Part shown: positions 1-9,068 of the stretch, in pieces
Layout: the number at the start of each line of letters is the position of its first letter
Numbering within the stretch: the first letter of the stretch is position 1
Origin: Candidatus Bathyarchaeota archaeon
GTDB lineage: Archaea > Thermoproteota > Bathyarchaeia > 40CM-2-53-6
Assembly: GCA_963833125.1 (NCBI GenBank)
Contig: CAWHWX010000016.1
Coordinates: forward strand, 320,001-384,000
Direction: 5' to 3'
Length of the DNA: 64,000 bases
Program-made: the position numbers and the translations under genes
Notes under the pieces: generated by a model
The model's input: only the letters and a program-made list of their open reading frames with translations
The model's database searches: none
What the model was told of the DNA's origin: nothing

Positions 1-909
1 ATGGCGTCGCAACGCAATACTCGGCGCAAGTGCAGGTTGACGGGCAACCTCAAGGAACGATCGGAGGTGGACAGATCGAGAAACTTACTTTCAAGCTTAA
101 CACCTCACACACGATCTCTGTCGATCAATATGTCGCTGGAGACACTGGTGTACGCTTCTACTGCGCTCAGAATACTCTTAGCGTGACTTCGAGTGGAAGC
201 TTCACCTTCTCGTATCAAACGCAGTACCAATTTACCATAGATACTGATCCCACCGGTGTGACCCCAGTTACCGGGGGCGGCTGGTTCCCCGCAGGAACCT
301 CGGTTCAAACTAGTCAAGCACCTCAGGTCGTTGCCGGGGGTACAGGGACGCAGTACGCGTTCAAGGGTTGGGAAGTTAATGGGACTCCGCAATCAGGAAA
401 TCCAATCTCAGTTACGCTCGATAAACCTTACACGGCCATTGCAAAGTACACTACCCAATATCAACTCGTTGTGGACTCGGCTTATGGTAATCCGCAAGGT
501 TCAGGCTATTATGACGCGGGCTCTCAGCGCGCAGTTTTCTGTGACAAGCCCATCAGGCTTTCCCATCCAACAAATTTTCGCCGGGTGGCAGGGAGACTAT
601 ACAGGCACCTCGGCACAGGGTTCGATCACGATGGACAAACCGCATGTTGTCACCGCCGTTTGGTCCACCAGCTACTTACCCCTCATCGCGATAATTGTCG
701 TAGCTGCCGCAATCGTTGGCGGTCTTCTGCTCTGGCGGTCGAAGCGACGTCCCCCACCAGAAACAAAACCTACCCCAGGTACAACTGCGAACACAAGTAC
801 CGCGGCAACTGGAGGGACGGGGGCGCTCAAGTGCGAAAAGTGTGGCACAGAAAACTCCTCGGACCAAAAGTTCTGCACAAACTGCGGCGGAGAATTAAAG
901 CAACGCTGA
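1..909 (+). CDS. Surface/membrane-anchored protein, 5' partial: InlB-B-like beta repeats, TM helix, C-terminal zinc ribbon; frameshift near 528
   Basis: Repeats YQFTIDT..GGGWFPAGTSV and YQLVVDS..GSGYYDAGS in the 30..986 frame continue as AQFSVTSP..TM..KCEKCGTEN..FCTNCG in the 331..909 frame. Confidence 0.7.
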
Positions 910-957
910 AAACATCACCCTTAACCGCGCTCTCCGCTACACCCGCATCGTCGGGCA

Positions 958-2034
958 ATGAGCTCAGTTACGGATTCTCAGGATGAGTCAAACCGCCCAA
1001 ACACATTATTCTTCGTACTGTCCGGCGAGCACCAGTCACTACCAGCGGCTGAGATTGAAGCCATACTTGAATCGGAAGGATTCCAATACTCATCCGTCGC
1101 TTCCACCTATCGACTTCTCACTCTAGCAGCACCTGCCAAGGCCCTGACGAGAGTGGCAGCGAGGAGTCTGATGTACAATTGGTGTGGCGTTCGCGTGGGC
1201 GAATGCGAGGCAGACGAACGTCAAATCCTGAGCTTCGTGAAAAATCAGCCTTTGGACGAATTAACAAAGGGAGTTCACACTTTTGCGGTCCGTTCAACTC
1301 GGATAGGAGGAGTAACCAGACCTATTCAACGCGTCAAATTGGAGCGAGATGTCGGTTCAGTCGTGAAAGAGTCCGTTCCGAGGTTAACGGTTGAGCTAGA
1401 GCATCCGGACCTAACCTTTGCCTGCATTCTATATGGAACCCAGTTCATGTTCGGCATATCTGGCGTTAAGAAACCCTCCGGCCTAATGGCACCTAGGAGG
1501 CCACGAAAGCGGCCCGTATTTCATCCCTCCACTATGCCCCCGAAGATCGCTCGGTGCATGGTTAACCTCGCCAGAGCAAAACCATGGTCACTGTTCGCAG
1601 ATCCCTTTTGCGGAGTTGGGGGTATTCTGATCGAGGCTGCAGTAATCGGGTGCAGTGTGTTAGGAGAGGATGTCAGCACACGGATGCTTAGAGGGGCGCG
1701 GCGTAATCTTCGTTACTTCAATCTCGATGCGTTGGGTTTCGTTCGTGCCGACGCTCGGACCCCTCCCTATAGGGGGGGGTGGGGTGCTATGGCAACAGAC
1801 CCGCCGTATGGTCGGGGGTCGTCGACGTTCGGAGTGCGGCTGGCGAAGCTTGCGAAGGAGTTTCTCAGTGGGGCAAGGGATTCGTTGAGTAAGGGCGCAT
1901 GCCTTTGTATTTCTGCGCCGATTGAGATTGACATCGAGACCTATGGCCGCGATGCCGGTTTCAGACTGAAGGAAAGACACGCTGTGAAGGTTCACCGAAG
2001 CCTAACTAGGCAGTTCGTCGTTCTACAACATTAG
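958..2034 (+). CDS. trm11: tRNA m2G10 methyltransferase (THUMP + Rossmann MTase)
   Basis: RPVFHPSTMPPKIARCMVNLA, DPFCGVGGILIEA, TDPPYGR motifs. Confidence 0.9.
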   Translation: MSSVTDSQDESNRPNTLFFVLSGEHQSLPAAEIEAILESEGFQYSSVASTYRLLTLAAPAKALTRVAARSLMYNWCGVRVGECEADERQILSFVKNQPLDELTKGVHTFAVRSTRIGGVTRPIQRVKLERDVGSVVKESVPRLTVELEHPDLTFACILYGTQFMFGISGVKKPSGLMAPRRPRKRPVFHPSTMPPKIARCMVNLARAKPWSLFADPFCGVGGILIEAAVIGCSVLGEDVSTRMLRGARRNLRYFNLDALGFVRADARTPPYRGGWGAMATDPPYGRGSSTFGVRLAKLAKEFLSGARDSLSKGACLCISAPIEIDIETYGRDAGFRLKERHAVKVHRSLTRQFVVLQH

Positions 2035-2035
2035 A

Positions 2036-2956
2036 ATGGAATCGAAAATGCCGGTCTCTGTGACATTCCTCGGGACGGGCGGAAGTGTTCCGAACAAATT
2101 CAGAAACCTACCCAGCGTGTTAGTGCGGCTAGGTCCCGAACTTTTGCTGTTTGATTGTGGTGAGGGGACACAGCGGCAATTCCTGCAGGCCAGAGGCGGT
2201 GTGAATAGGAAGATGCGGATATTCATCAGCCACCTACACGGAGATCACGTGTTCGGGCTTCCGGGATTGATTCATTCACTCTCATTCATGGGACGAAGGC
2301 GCGAGCTAGAGATCGTAGGTCCGAAGGGCATTGCGAAGCTCGTGACCTCAGTCAACAACGTAGTCAAGCTCTATTCGAATTATCCAATCCGAATCCTCGA
2401 AACCAAGGCAGGCTACAAAATCAGGGATCCCCAATACACGGTTCAAGTCGCATCGGCGAAGCACGGAATCCCGTGCCTAGCCTACGCTTTTGAGGAAAAA
2501 CCAAGACCAGGCAGATTCGATCCCGCGAAAGCAAGAAGATTAGGCGTGCCAGAGGGACCCCTTTGGAAGAAGCTGCAGTCAGGCAAATCGATCAAGCTTG
2601 GACGCCGTCGGTTAGCGCCTCGGCTCGTAGTCGGACCTCCGAGAAGAGGGGTAAAGATTACTTATGCCGTCGACACCCGCCCCTGCCCTCAAGTAATCAA
2701 GCTTGCCCACGGCTCGGACCTGCTCATACACGACAGCTGTTTCGATGAGTCTGCATCCACCAGAGCGCGTGAGTACGGCCACTCAACGGCAGCGGAAGCA
2801 GCCCGAGTCGCGAAGAAGAGTAGGTCTCGAAGGCTAGCACTATTCCACATTAGCGCCATGTACGAAGACGCGAGCCCACTCCTCCGTCAGGCAAAGGCGA
2901 TCTTCCCTAACACCATCCTTCCGCAGGACATGGTCACCGTCTCCGTCGATGCATAA
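2036..2956 (+). CDS. rnz: Ribonuclease Z (tRNA 3' endonuclease)
   Basis: FLGTGGSVP, DCGEGTQ, SHLHGDH, GVPEGP exosite, DTRPC, GHST, HISA. Confidence 0.95.
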   Translation: MESKMPVSVTFLGTGGSVPNKFRNLPSVLVRLGPELLLFDCGEGTQRQFLQARGGVNRKMRIFISHLHGDHVFGLPGLIHSLSFMGRRRELEIVGPKGIAKLVTSVNNVVKLYSNYPIRILETKAGYKIRDPQYTVQVASAKHGIPCLAYAFEEKPRPGRFDPAKARRLGVPEGPLWKKLQSGKSIKLGRRRLAPRLVVGPPRRGVKITYAVDTRPCPQVIKLAHGSDLLIHDSCFDESASTRAREYGHSTAAEAARVAKKSRSRRLALFHISAMYEDASPLLRQAKAIFPNTILPQDMVTVSVDA

Positions 2957-3374
2957 CTTCAGTATCTTGGTGCAGGTTTGGGGGCGAAGCTAAGTAATCG
3001 ATTACTGACAGCGGATTATCGCAATCTAATTCAATCGAGATCGGTCCGTTCGGTGATTCTCCAACCGCTTCGCAGAAAGATACGCGCCCCATGAATGCTG
3101 CCTGTTTATTCAAATAGATCTGAATTCTTTGCCCGCTCATGTTGTGAATAAGAACTGATCTTGCAGCGTTTCGAATTCTCTCCTGTTTGATTAGATTGCG
3201 AATGTTGGCTAGGGACTCAAACCCGGTCCCCCGAATCGTCAAAATCACCGTTTCACCTGGTCCAGTAATTTTCTCGATGTGTGCCGATGGGAAGAGCTTC
3301 AGCAGGGCTCGTTCAACCTTTGCCTGATCTTCAGTTGGTTGAAGTTGCGTTTTCGCTACGATGGTTAAGTTCAT
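2934..3374 (-). CDS. UPF0201/DUF54 RNA-binding protein
   Basis: PTEDQAKVERAL, RIRNAAR, LNKQAAFMGRVSF motifs; usual partner of UPF0200. Confidence 0.85.
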   Translation of the reverse strand: MNLTIVAKTQLQPTEDQAKVERALLKLFPSAHIEKITGPGETVILTIRGTGFESLANIRNLIKQERIRNAARSVLIHNMSGQRIQIYLNKQAAFMGRVSFCEAVGESPNGPISIELDCDNPLSVIDYLASPPNLHQDTEVMHRRRR

Positions 3375-3925
3375 TCCGAGTTCAGCTTATCTAGCGCTGC
3401 TTTGAAACTCGACTGAAGCATATCGATCGTACCTTCGTTCACCAGAACCACATCGGCTAGAGCAATCACGTGTCCTAATCCAACGTTCAGTTCGCGAGTG
3501 TCACGTTCGTAGAATGTCTCCCAGGTTCTAGGGTCGTCGCTCCTGCCTCTTGCGAGGAGCCGCTGGAATCTTGTTTTTGGTGAGGCGTGTATGGCGAATG
3601 TTAGAACCTCGAATTTGTTTCTTAGTTCCAGGAGTTCATCTTCACTCCTTATTCCCTCAACGATAAGCGTCGCTGACCGGTTTGCTTCGATCTTCGGCAC
3701 CAACCTCTTCACCACGACGGTCGGGCCCTCATCCTTTCTCACCTGTAGCATAACGCTTCCCACGTTCTTCGGAGTCGGTTCTAACCCCCTTCGCTGAGTC
3801 TCCTCCCTGATTACATCGCCTAGAACCAAGACCTCTAATCCAAGCCTCTTTCCGGCTAAGGATGCAACACCTTTACCCGCGCCGGGCATGCCTGAAATCG
3901 CAATCACTCGTTTTTTCGTTTGCAT
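3371..3925 (-). CDS. UPF0200 nucleotide kinase-like protein (dephospho-CoA kinase related)
   Basis: P-loop GMPGAGKG, EGIRS, RGRSDD, RDTRELNVGLG. Confidence 0.85.
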   Translation of the reverse strand: MQTKKRVIAISGMPGAGKGVASLAGKRLGLEVLVLGDVIREETQRRGLEPTPKNVGSVMLQVRKDEGPTVVVKRLVPKIEANRSATLIVEGIRSEDELLELRNKFEVLTFAIHASPKTRFQRLLARGRSDDPRTWETFYERDTRELNVGLGHVIALADVVLVNEGTIDMLQSSFKAALDKLNSE

Positions 3926-4018
3926 GCGCTCGTCGCCTTCTCCTTTGTTCTAGCGGCACTCTGTGCCGTGAATCGTTAAATTCAGTCATTCAATATTAGC
4001 CTTCGCTGGAAGAACATA

Positions 4019-4591
4019 TTGTCCCAAGAACGAGTGCGAAGTTTCGTGTCAGTAGATCTAGATGATCCGACAATATTAGATCGCATAACTGCCGCCCAAC
4101 GAAGTCTGGAGCAGACCCGCGCAAGCTTGAAGATTGTTGATCCAGCGATAATGCATCTAACCTTAAGGTTCCTAGGCGAGATTCCGCAGGCAACGGTGGA
4201 ACAAGTCAAAGCGGGGATGGATGAGCTGCGATTTCAAACGTTCGATGTTCAATTTGCTGGTCTCGGTGCATTTCCGAATCTCAGGAGAATAAGTGTGGTC
4301 TGGGTTGGAATAACGCAAGGGCATGGGGAGTTGGGTGCAATCTTTCAGCAACTTGAACCAAGGTTTCGGAAGATTGGCCTTCCACCTGATGACAAGAGTT
4401 TCAGCCCTCACATGACAATCGCACGTGTCAGATCAGGGCTAAACAGAGAGGCGTTAGCTACGTTCATCGAAAGCATGCAAGAACACGACTTTGGGAAGAT
4501 GACTGTGAAGGCGGTCAGACTAAAGAAAAGTACGTTGACACCGAAAGGCCCCATTTACACAACGATTCACGAAGTAAACTCCCTTCCTTAG
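4019..4591 (+). CDS. thpR: RNA 2',3'-cyclic phosphodiesterase (2H family)
   Basis: Two HxT motifs (HLTLRFLGE, PHMTIAR), STLTPKGPIY. Confidence 0.92.
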   Translation: MSQERVRSFVSVDLDDPTILDRITAAQRSLEQTRASLKIVDPAIMHLTLRFLGEIPQATVEQVKAGMDELRFQTFDVQFAGLGAFPNLRRISVVWVGITQGHGELGAIFQQLEPRFRKIGLPPDDKSFSPHMTIARVRSGLNREALATFIESMQEHDFGKMTVKAVRLKKSTLTPKGPIYTTIHEVNSLP

Positions 4592-4611
4592 GGGAGAGCT
4601 AGTGTTCTCTC

Positions 4612-6042
4612 TTGCCCAGCCTCGCGTCGGTGTGCCGTAAGGTAAAGCCGGAGATAATTCCGAATTCAGAATTACGAGCCGCCGTTCAGGAGAAAGCTGA
4701 GGAAATTAGAGCCGCCGTAGAGCGTGAATGCACGAGAGCAGGGCTTTCAGCAGAAGTGCGACTTAACGGCTCGGTGGCGAAGGATACTTGGATTCGGGAT
4801 TATGCTGATGTCGACGTATTCATGAGAGTATCGCCCAACCTCACGAAAACCCAACTCCGCGAGGTTTGCTTACCGCCTGCCAAACGCGCACTCTACCCTA
4901 ACAAGATAGTTGAGAGGTTCGCGGAACACCCATACGTCGAATCCTTCGTAGAACTCAGTAAACGAAGAAAGCTTCGAGTCAACGTCGTCCCATGTTACAA
5001 CGTCCAATGGAGCCAATGGTTAAGCGCTACGGACAGAAGTCCTTACCACACCGAATACATCCGCCAACACCTCACCCTTCAGCAGCGTGATGAGGTGCGA
5101 TTGCTCAAGGCATTCATGAGGGGCATCGGCGCTTACGGTGCCGATACGAAGACCGGAGGTTTTAGCGGGATGCTATGTGAAACCCTCGTCGCATCTCGCG
5201 GCGAATTTGAGCGAGTGGTAGAGGATTTTACGGTTTGGCACGAGTCTCAGTATATCGACCTAGAACACTACTATCAAGACAGAGCAGATGAAGTGCATCG
5301 AATATTTCAGGACCCCCTGATTGTGATCGACCCCGTAGACAAAGGCAGAAACCTCGGCGCAGCGGTTCGTCGAGAGCAGTTGTGGAATTTTGTTGCCGCC
5401 TGCAGATCCCTCCTCGCAGAACCTTCAACAACATTCTTTCAGGAACCCAGAATCCGAGGACTGACCGCCGCCCAATATAGAAAGCAGGTGAAGATGCGTG
5501 GATCAACAATTCTCGCCATCGTAGTTGGAAGGATGGACATAGTCGTCGACATCCTTTGGAGTCAATTGTATAGAACTGAAAGGGCGCTAGTGAACCTGCT
5601 CCGGAGCAACGACTTCAGCATCATTAGATCCATATCCTGGAGCGATGAAAAATCCCTGAACGTGATTCTAATTGAATTGGAACAAGATGAACTTCCTTCC
5701 TCGAAGAGGCATCTTGGGCCCCCTGTTTCCAGGTCTACTGAAAGCGCCTCATTCCTAAAGAAACATCTGGGAAGCAAAGTTACGGTTTCAGGTCCGTGGC
5801 TGGAGGGAGGGAGATGGGTGGTTGAGAAGAGACGAGGGGTCCCTTCAGCAATTGGGCTTTTGAAAACGGCATTGAAATCGGGAGGCAGTGACATCGGCGT
5901 TGCTTCGGAACCCGCCCGTTGCTTTAGAAGGCGGGTTCAGGTTCTGAGGGATGAATCCTTGGGAGGCCTGATCTCAAGGAATCAAGAGTTTGCAAGAGCA
6001 ATGAATACGCTCCTCTCCGGGAGGCCTGCGTGGCTTGAATGA
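4612..6042 (+). CDS. cca: Archaeal class I CCA-adding enzyme
   Basis: GSVAKDTW..DVDVF, FAEHPYV, SATDRSPYHT, GGFSG, DPVDKGRN. Confidence 0.95.
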   Translation: MPSLASVCRKVKPEIIPNSELRAAVQEKAEEIRAAVERECTRAGLSAEVRLNGSVAKDTWIRDYADVDVFMRVSPNLTKTQLREVCLPPAKRALYPNKIVERFAEHPYVESFVELSKRRKLRVNVVPCYNVQWSQWLSATDRSPYHTEYIRQHLTLQQRDEVRLLKAFMRGIGAYGADTKTGGFSGMLCETLVASRGEFERVVEDFTVWHESQYIDLEHYYQDRADEVHRIFQDPLIVIDPVDKGRNLGAAVRREQLWNFVAACRSLLAEPSTTFFQEPRIRGLTAAQYRKQVKMRGSTILAIVVGRMDIVVDILWSQLYRTERALVNLLRSNDFSIIRSISWSDEKSLNVILIELEQDELPSSKRHLGPPVSRSTESASFLKKHLGSKVTVSGPWLEGGRWVVEKRRGVPSAIGLLKTALKSGGSDIGVASEPARCFRRRVQVLRDESLGGLISRNQEFARAMNTLLSGRPAWLE

Positions 6043-6797
6043 AATCCAGCCAGTTCGGCTCAAGGACATACCCGGTACTCGGTACGAGCGTATCCTCACC
6101 TATCCAGCCGCCGACCGAAGTCAGGCTGAAGCGAGAGTCAAGGAACTGGCATCCATAGGGGTTACTGCGATTCGCTTCATTGGCCACACAACGATAGGTG
6201 GGATTCCAATACTGGGCAAAGGTTGCGTGGGTATAGTCACTCAAGCGGTAATGGACGGCAAACCTGTGGCGGTTAAGATGAGGCGTTTGGACGCCGACCG
6301 CCCGTCAATGAATGAAGAGGCCAGGTTTCTGCGGTTAGCGAATGCGGTGAGGGTTGGGCCTCGACTTGTCGCGGCAACGAGGAATCTGTTGGCTATGGAA
6401 CTCTTCGATGGAGTTCCGTTATTCAGATGGGCGGAGGGGTCAGTGGGCAGAATCGGGGACCTGAAGCAAGTTCTTTCGGATCTGCTCAACGCTTGCTTCC
6501 GGCTTGACGTAGTCGGTTTGGATCACGGCGAGCTGAGCCATGCACCAAGGAACGTTCTAATCGGCCAGTGATAATGAGCCATGCATTGTGGATTTTGAAA
6601 GCGCAAGCATGGTTAGACGCGTGGCAAACGTAACGTCGCTGCTGCAATACTTTTTGTTCGGCAGTCTCTCCAAAACCCTACATAGCTCAAGGATTTTTCC
6701 GGCGAAGAGAAAAATCCTGAACGCTCTAACCGAATACAAACAGGAAGGGTCGATCGAAAGTTACGAGCATGTTCTTCAAGCCCTCAAACTCGTATGA
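6035..6797 (+). CDS. Archaeal Ser/Thr protein kinase (RIO-like); frameshift near 6566
   Basis: LGKGCVGIV, VAVK, DHGELS..NVLI, then IVDFESAS in the next frame. Confidence 0.8.
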
Positions 6798-6810
6798 AAG
6801 ATTATTATGA
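6795..6810 (+). promoter_or_regulatory. Putative BRE/TATA promoter of the tRNA gene
   Basis: Purine-rich GAAAG followed by ATTATTAT about 30 nt upstream of the tRNA 5' end. Confidence 0.55.
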
Positions 6811-6835
6811 GCCCTGGAGCGTCTTTGCGGAGGGC

Positions 6836-7018
6836 GGGGCCGTCGTCTAGAAGAGAATCAAGGCGTTGCCTCTCTGGACAACTTGGTCTGGGAACACGAT
6901 TTCCGCCAACAGGATACCAGAGCGCAGATGCGCGCGGTGAACCTGGGGCGCTGGCGTCCCTAAGAAACAAAGGTCTCAGGGCCAGAGGTCGTGGGTTCAA
7001 ATCCCACCGGCCCCACCA
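6836..7018 (+). tRNA. tRNA-Pro(GGG) with four BHB introns (6851-6881, 6890-6910, 6921-6941, 6957-6987); CCA encoded
   Basis: Spliced product GGGGCCG TC GTCT AGCTTGGTCTA GGAT A CCAGC CTGGGGC GCTGG CGGTC GTGGG TTCAAAT CCCAC CGGCCCC A CCA is a complete 79-nt cloverleaf; each junction has a 4-bp helix flanked by 3-nt bulges. Confidence 0.9.
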
Positions 7019-7141
7019 TACATCGAACCGACCCCACTACTCAGTGAAATAGCTACATTCGCTTTCTATCTTAAGAAAAATGGTTATCGGGAATCAACAA
7101 TCAGGGGATCCCGCCACAGTAGGAACCGACCCGGTTCGTAA
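7019..7141 (+). pseudogene. Truncated tyrosine-integrase N-terminal remnant, in frame with the tRNA 3' end
   Basis: Frame reads RSWVQIPPAPP-YIEPTPLLSEIATFAFYLKKNGYRESTI and stops soon after; resembles the integrase SAM-like helix F..YL...GY..STI. Confidence 0.5.
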
Positions 7142-7484
7142 ATTGGCCGCGTCGAGCGTCCTGCGTTAGGAAGAACCGTTACTGAGAAGCAAGTGACTAG
7201 AGAGCAAGAACATTGAGGCATTGAACATTCTTATGCGGATTTTGTCTACCTTTTCCTATCAACCGTAGACTATCCGTTCCTCTTCAAGGGTGGGGTTGAA
7301 GAGGTATGTACATAAGAGTTAACGTTTGGCAGTTAGTAAATACGTTGAGAACGACGACAAAGCAAACGAAGCGCAAGAAAGAGAAGACACAACCGTTACT
7401 ACAGAACTTGGAGACCACCGACCACACGCGCGAACGAGGTCTTATTAACTTCAGAAATCCCGTCTGCCGTAGGGTACGTGTTCC

Positions 7485-7919
7485 TTGAAACGTGGAACGG
7501 CAGGGTTTGGTTTACTGGTAGTCCTGTTCACATTCCTGTTGGTTTTGGTTAATGTTGGACAAGTGTGGGCTGATACGACTAATCCAAACCCGCCCATGGC
7601 AGGTCAACCCTTCACAATAAGCGGAACAGCTACGACGGGAGGATTCGGCTCTCTGTATGCTGGGTCAGGCTGTTCTGTTGTCAATAGCATCACCAACGTG
7701 TTTGACCCGTCGCCTGGGTCGTTCACTGATTCGTTTCCTGGACAGCCAGCAGGTTCATACTCCTTCTCCCATGAAGGTGACGCATCTGGTTGTGTGAACT
7801 TCACAGTCAACTCTCCTCCTCCAATCCCAGAATATCCACTTGGATTACCAATCCTCGCAATCCTCCTGATAATCGGGTACGGTTTAGTTAGACGCCGAAC
7901 AAGAAACAATCCACGTTAA
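7485..7919 (+). CDS. Small secreted protein with PEF-CTERM-like (PEY) sorting tail
   Basis: Signal peptide; PPIPEYP + TM + RRRTR. Confidence 0.75.
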   Translation: MKRGTAGFGLLVVLFTFLLVLVNVGQVWADTTNPNPPMAGQPFTISGTATTGGFGSLYAGSGCSVVNSITNVFDPSPGSFTDSFPGQPAGSYSFSHEGDASGCVNFTVNSPPPIPEYPLGLPILAILLIIGYGLVRRRTRNNPR

Positions 7920-8009
7920 GGTCGTTGGGCCGTCGAGGCACAATCGTTCCAGTACATTCACGATAATGCTTCTCGACACGTTACGTTAAATAGATATGAC
8001 TTCCTCACA

Positions 8010-8525
8010 TTGTTGTGGCTTGGGGAGCTTATGGTTCAAAGGTTCATGATTGTTACGGTCCTTTCGATTCTAGTGTTCACGATTATCGGAGCTACCTTCC
8101 TCTCTCCAGTATACGCACCACCATGCACCCAGACTGCTTCCCTTTCTTCATCAACCATAACGCAGGGAACTTCCAGCGTAGGTGTTAGTGGAACAGATAC
8201 TTGCGACTCCTTTCCAGCAGGAGGAGCTTTTGTGGCAACTATTCTTTCGTCGGGCGCGTGTCCTGGTGGTGCAATTGCTTCTGGGCCTGTCGATACCTCC
8301 ACCGCTGCCGGTACTGGTGCTTTCTCCGCTACTATTCCTACTGATTTCCTCAGCCCAGGTGCATATTGCGTCCGTACGAGTTTTCTCTCTGGCGACCCTA
8401 TTTTCAATCCTCTCAGCATTACTTCCTCAGCTCCACCCATCCCTGAATACCCCTACGGGTTACCCTTGCTCGCAATTCTCACGATACTCTCCTACGCCGT
8501 GATTAGACGCAGAACTCGAAACTAA
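8010..8525 (+). CDS. Small secreted Cys-containing protein with PEF-CTERM-like (PEY) tail
   Basis: Signal peptide; PPIPEYPYGL + TM + RRRTRN. Confidence 0.75.
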   Translation: MLWLGELMVQRFMIVTVLSILVFTIIGATFLSPVYAPPCTQTASLSSSTITQGTSSVGVSGTDTCDSFPAGGAFVATILSSGACPGGAIASGPVDTSTAAGTGAFSATIPTDFLSPGAYCVRTSFLSGDPIFNPLSITSSAPPIPEYPYGLPLLAILTILSYAVIRRRTRN

Positions 8526-8619
8526 ACTTCGATAGAGCCGTTCGCAGGCTGTTTGAAGCAGGGCGCAGCCAACCAAAAAATAATATCGTCCATATCGAAG
8601 CCCTCAAAATGACGGTGAT

Positions 8620-9036
8620 ATGAAAATGAAGATCAAACTTACCAGCGTATTTGTGACCGATCAAGACAAGGCTCTGAAATTTTACACTAATGTTTTAGGC
8701 TTTGTCAAGAAACTGGATTTTCCTGCCGGGAAATTCAAATGGCTGACAGTTGTCTCCCCGGAGGAGCCCGAGGGCACCCAGCTGCTTCTTGCGCCAACCG
8801 ACATTGGGGGCTTTCACGGGCCAGCAGCCAAGACATACCAAGGAGCTCTTTTCAAGCAAAGTATACCCGCAGCGAATTTCTTTGTTGAGGATATTCAGAA
8901 AGAATATGCGAGGCTGAAGGACCTGGGCGTGGTGTTTACCATGACACCATCAAAAACGACAGGGTCAATCATAGCTGTGCTTGACGATACATGTGGTAAC
9001 CTCATTCAACTAACTCAGCTCACTTGGTCAATGTAG
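8620..9036 (+). CDS. VOC/glyoxalase family protein
   Basis: SVFVTDQDKALKFYT, WLTVVSP, DDTCGNLIQL. Confidence 0.9.
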   Translation: MKMKIKLTSVFVTDQDKALKFYTNVLGFVKKLDFPAGKFKWLTVVSPEEPEGTQLLLAPTDIGGFHGPAAKTYQGALFKQSIPAANFFVEDIQKEYARLKDLGVVFTMTPSKTTGSIIAVLDDTCGNLIQLTQLTWSM

Positions 9037-9068
9037 CAAAAAACAACCTACTATACGCAGAGTGAGAC

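Noticed and set aside
6889-6911. Alternative intron 2 boundaries using a TTGG/CCAA helix
   Set aside because: This would remove conserved A21 and leaves a G-G mismatch; TGGT/GCCA gives a full BHB and a normal D-loop.
6776-7052. ORFs 6807..7052 (+) and 6776..7000 (-)
   Set aside because: They overlap the intron-containing tRNA and have no protein-like features.
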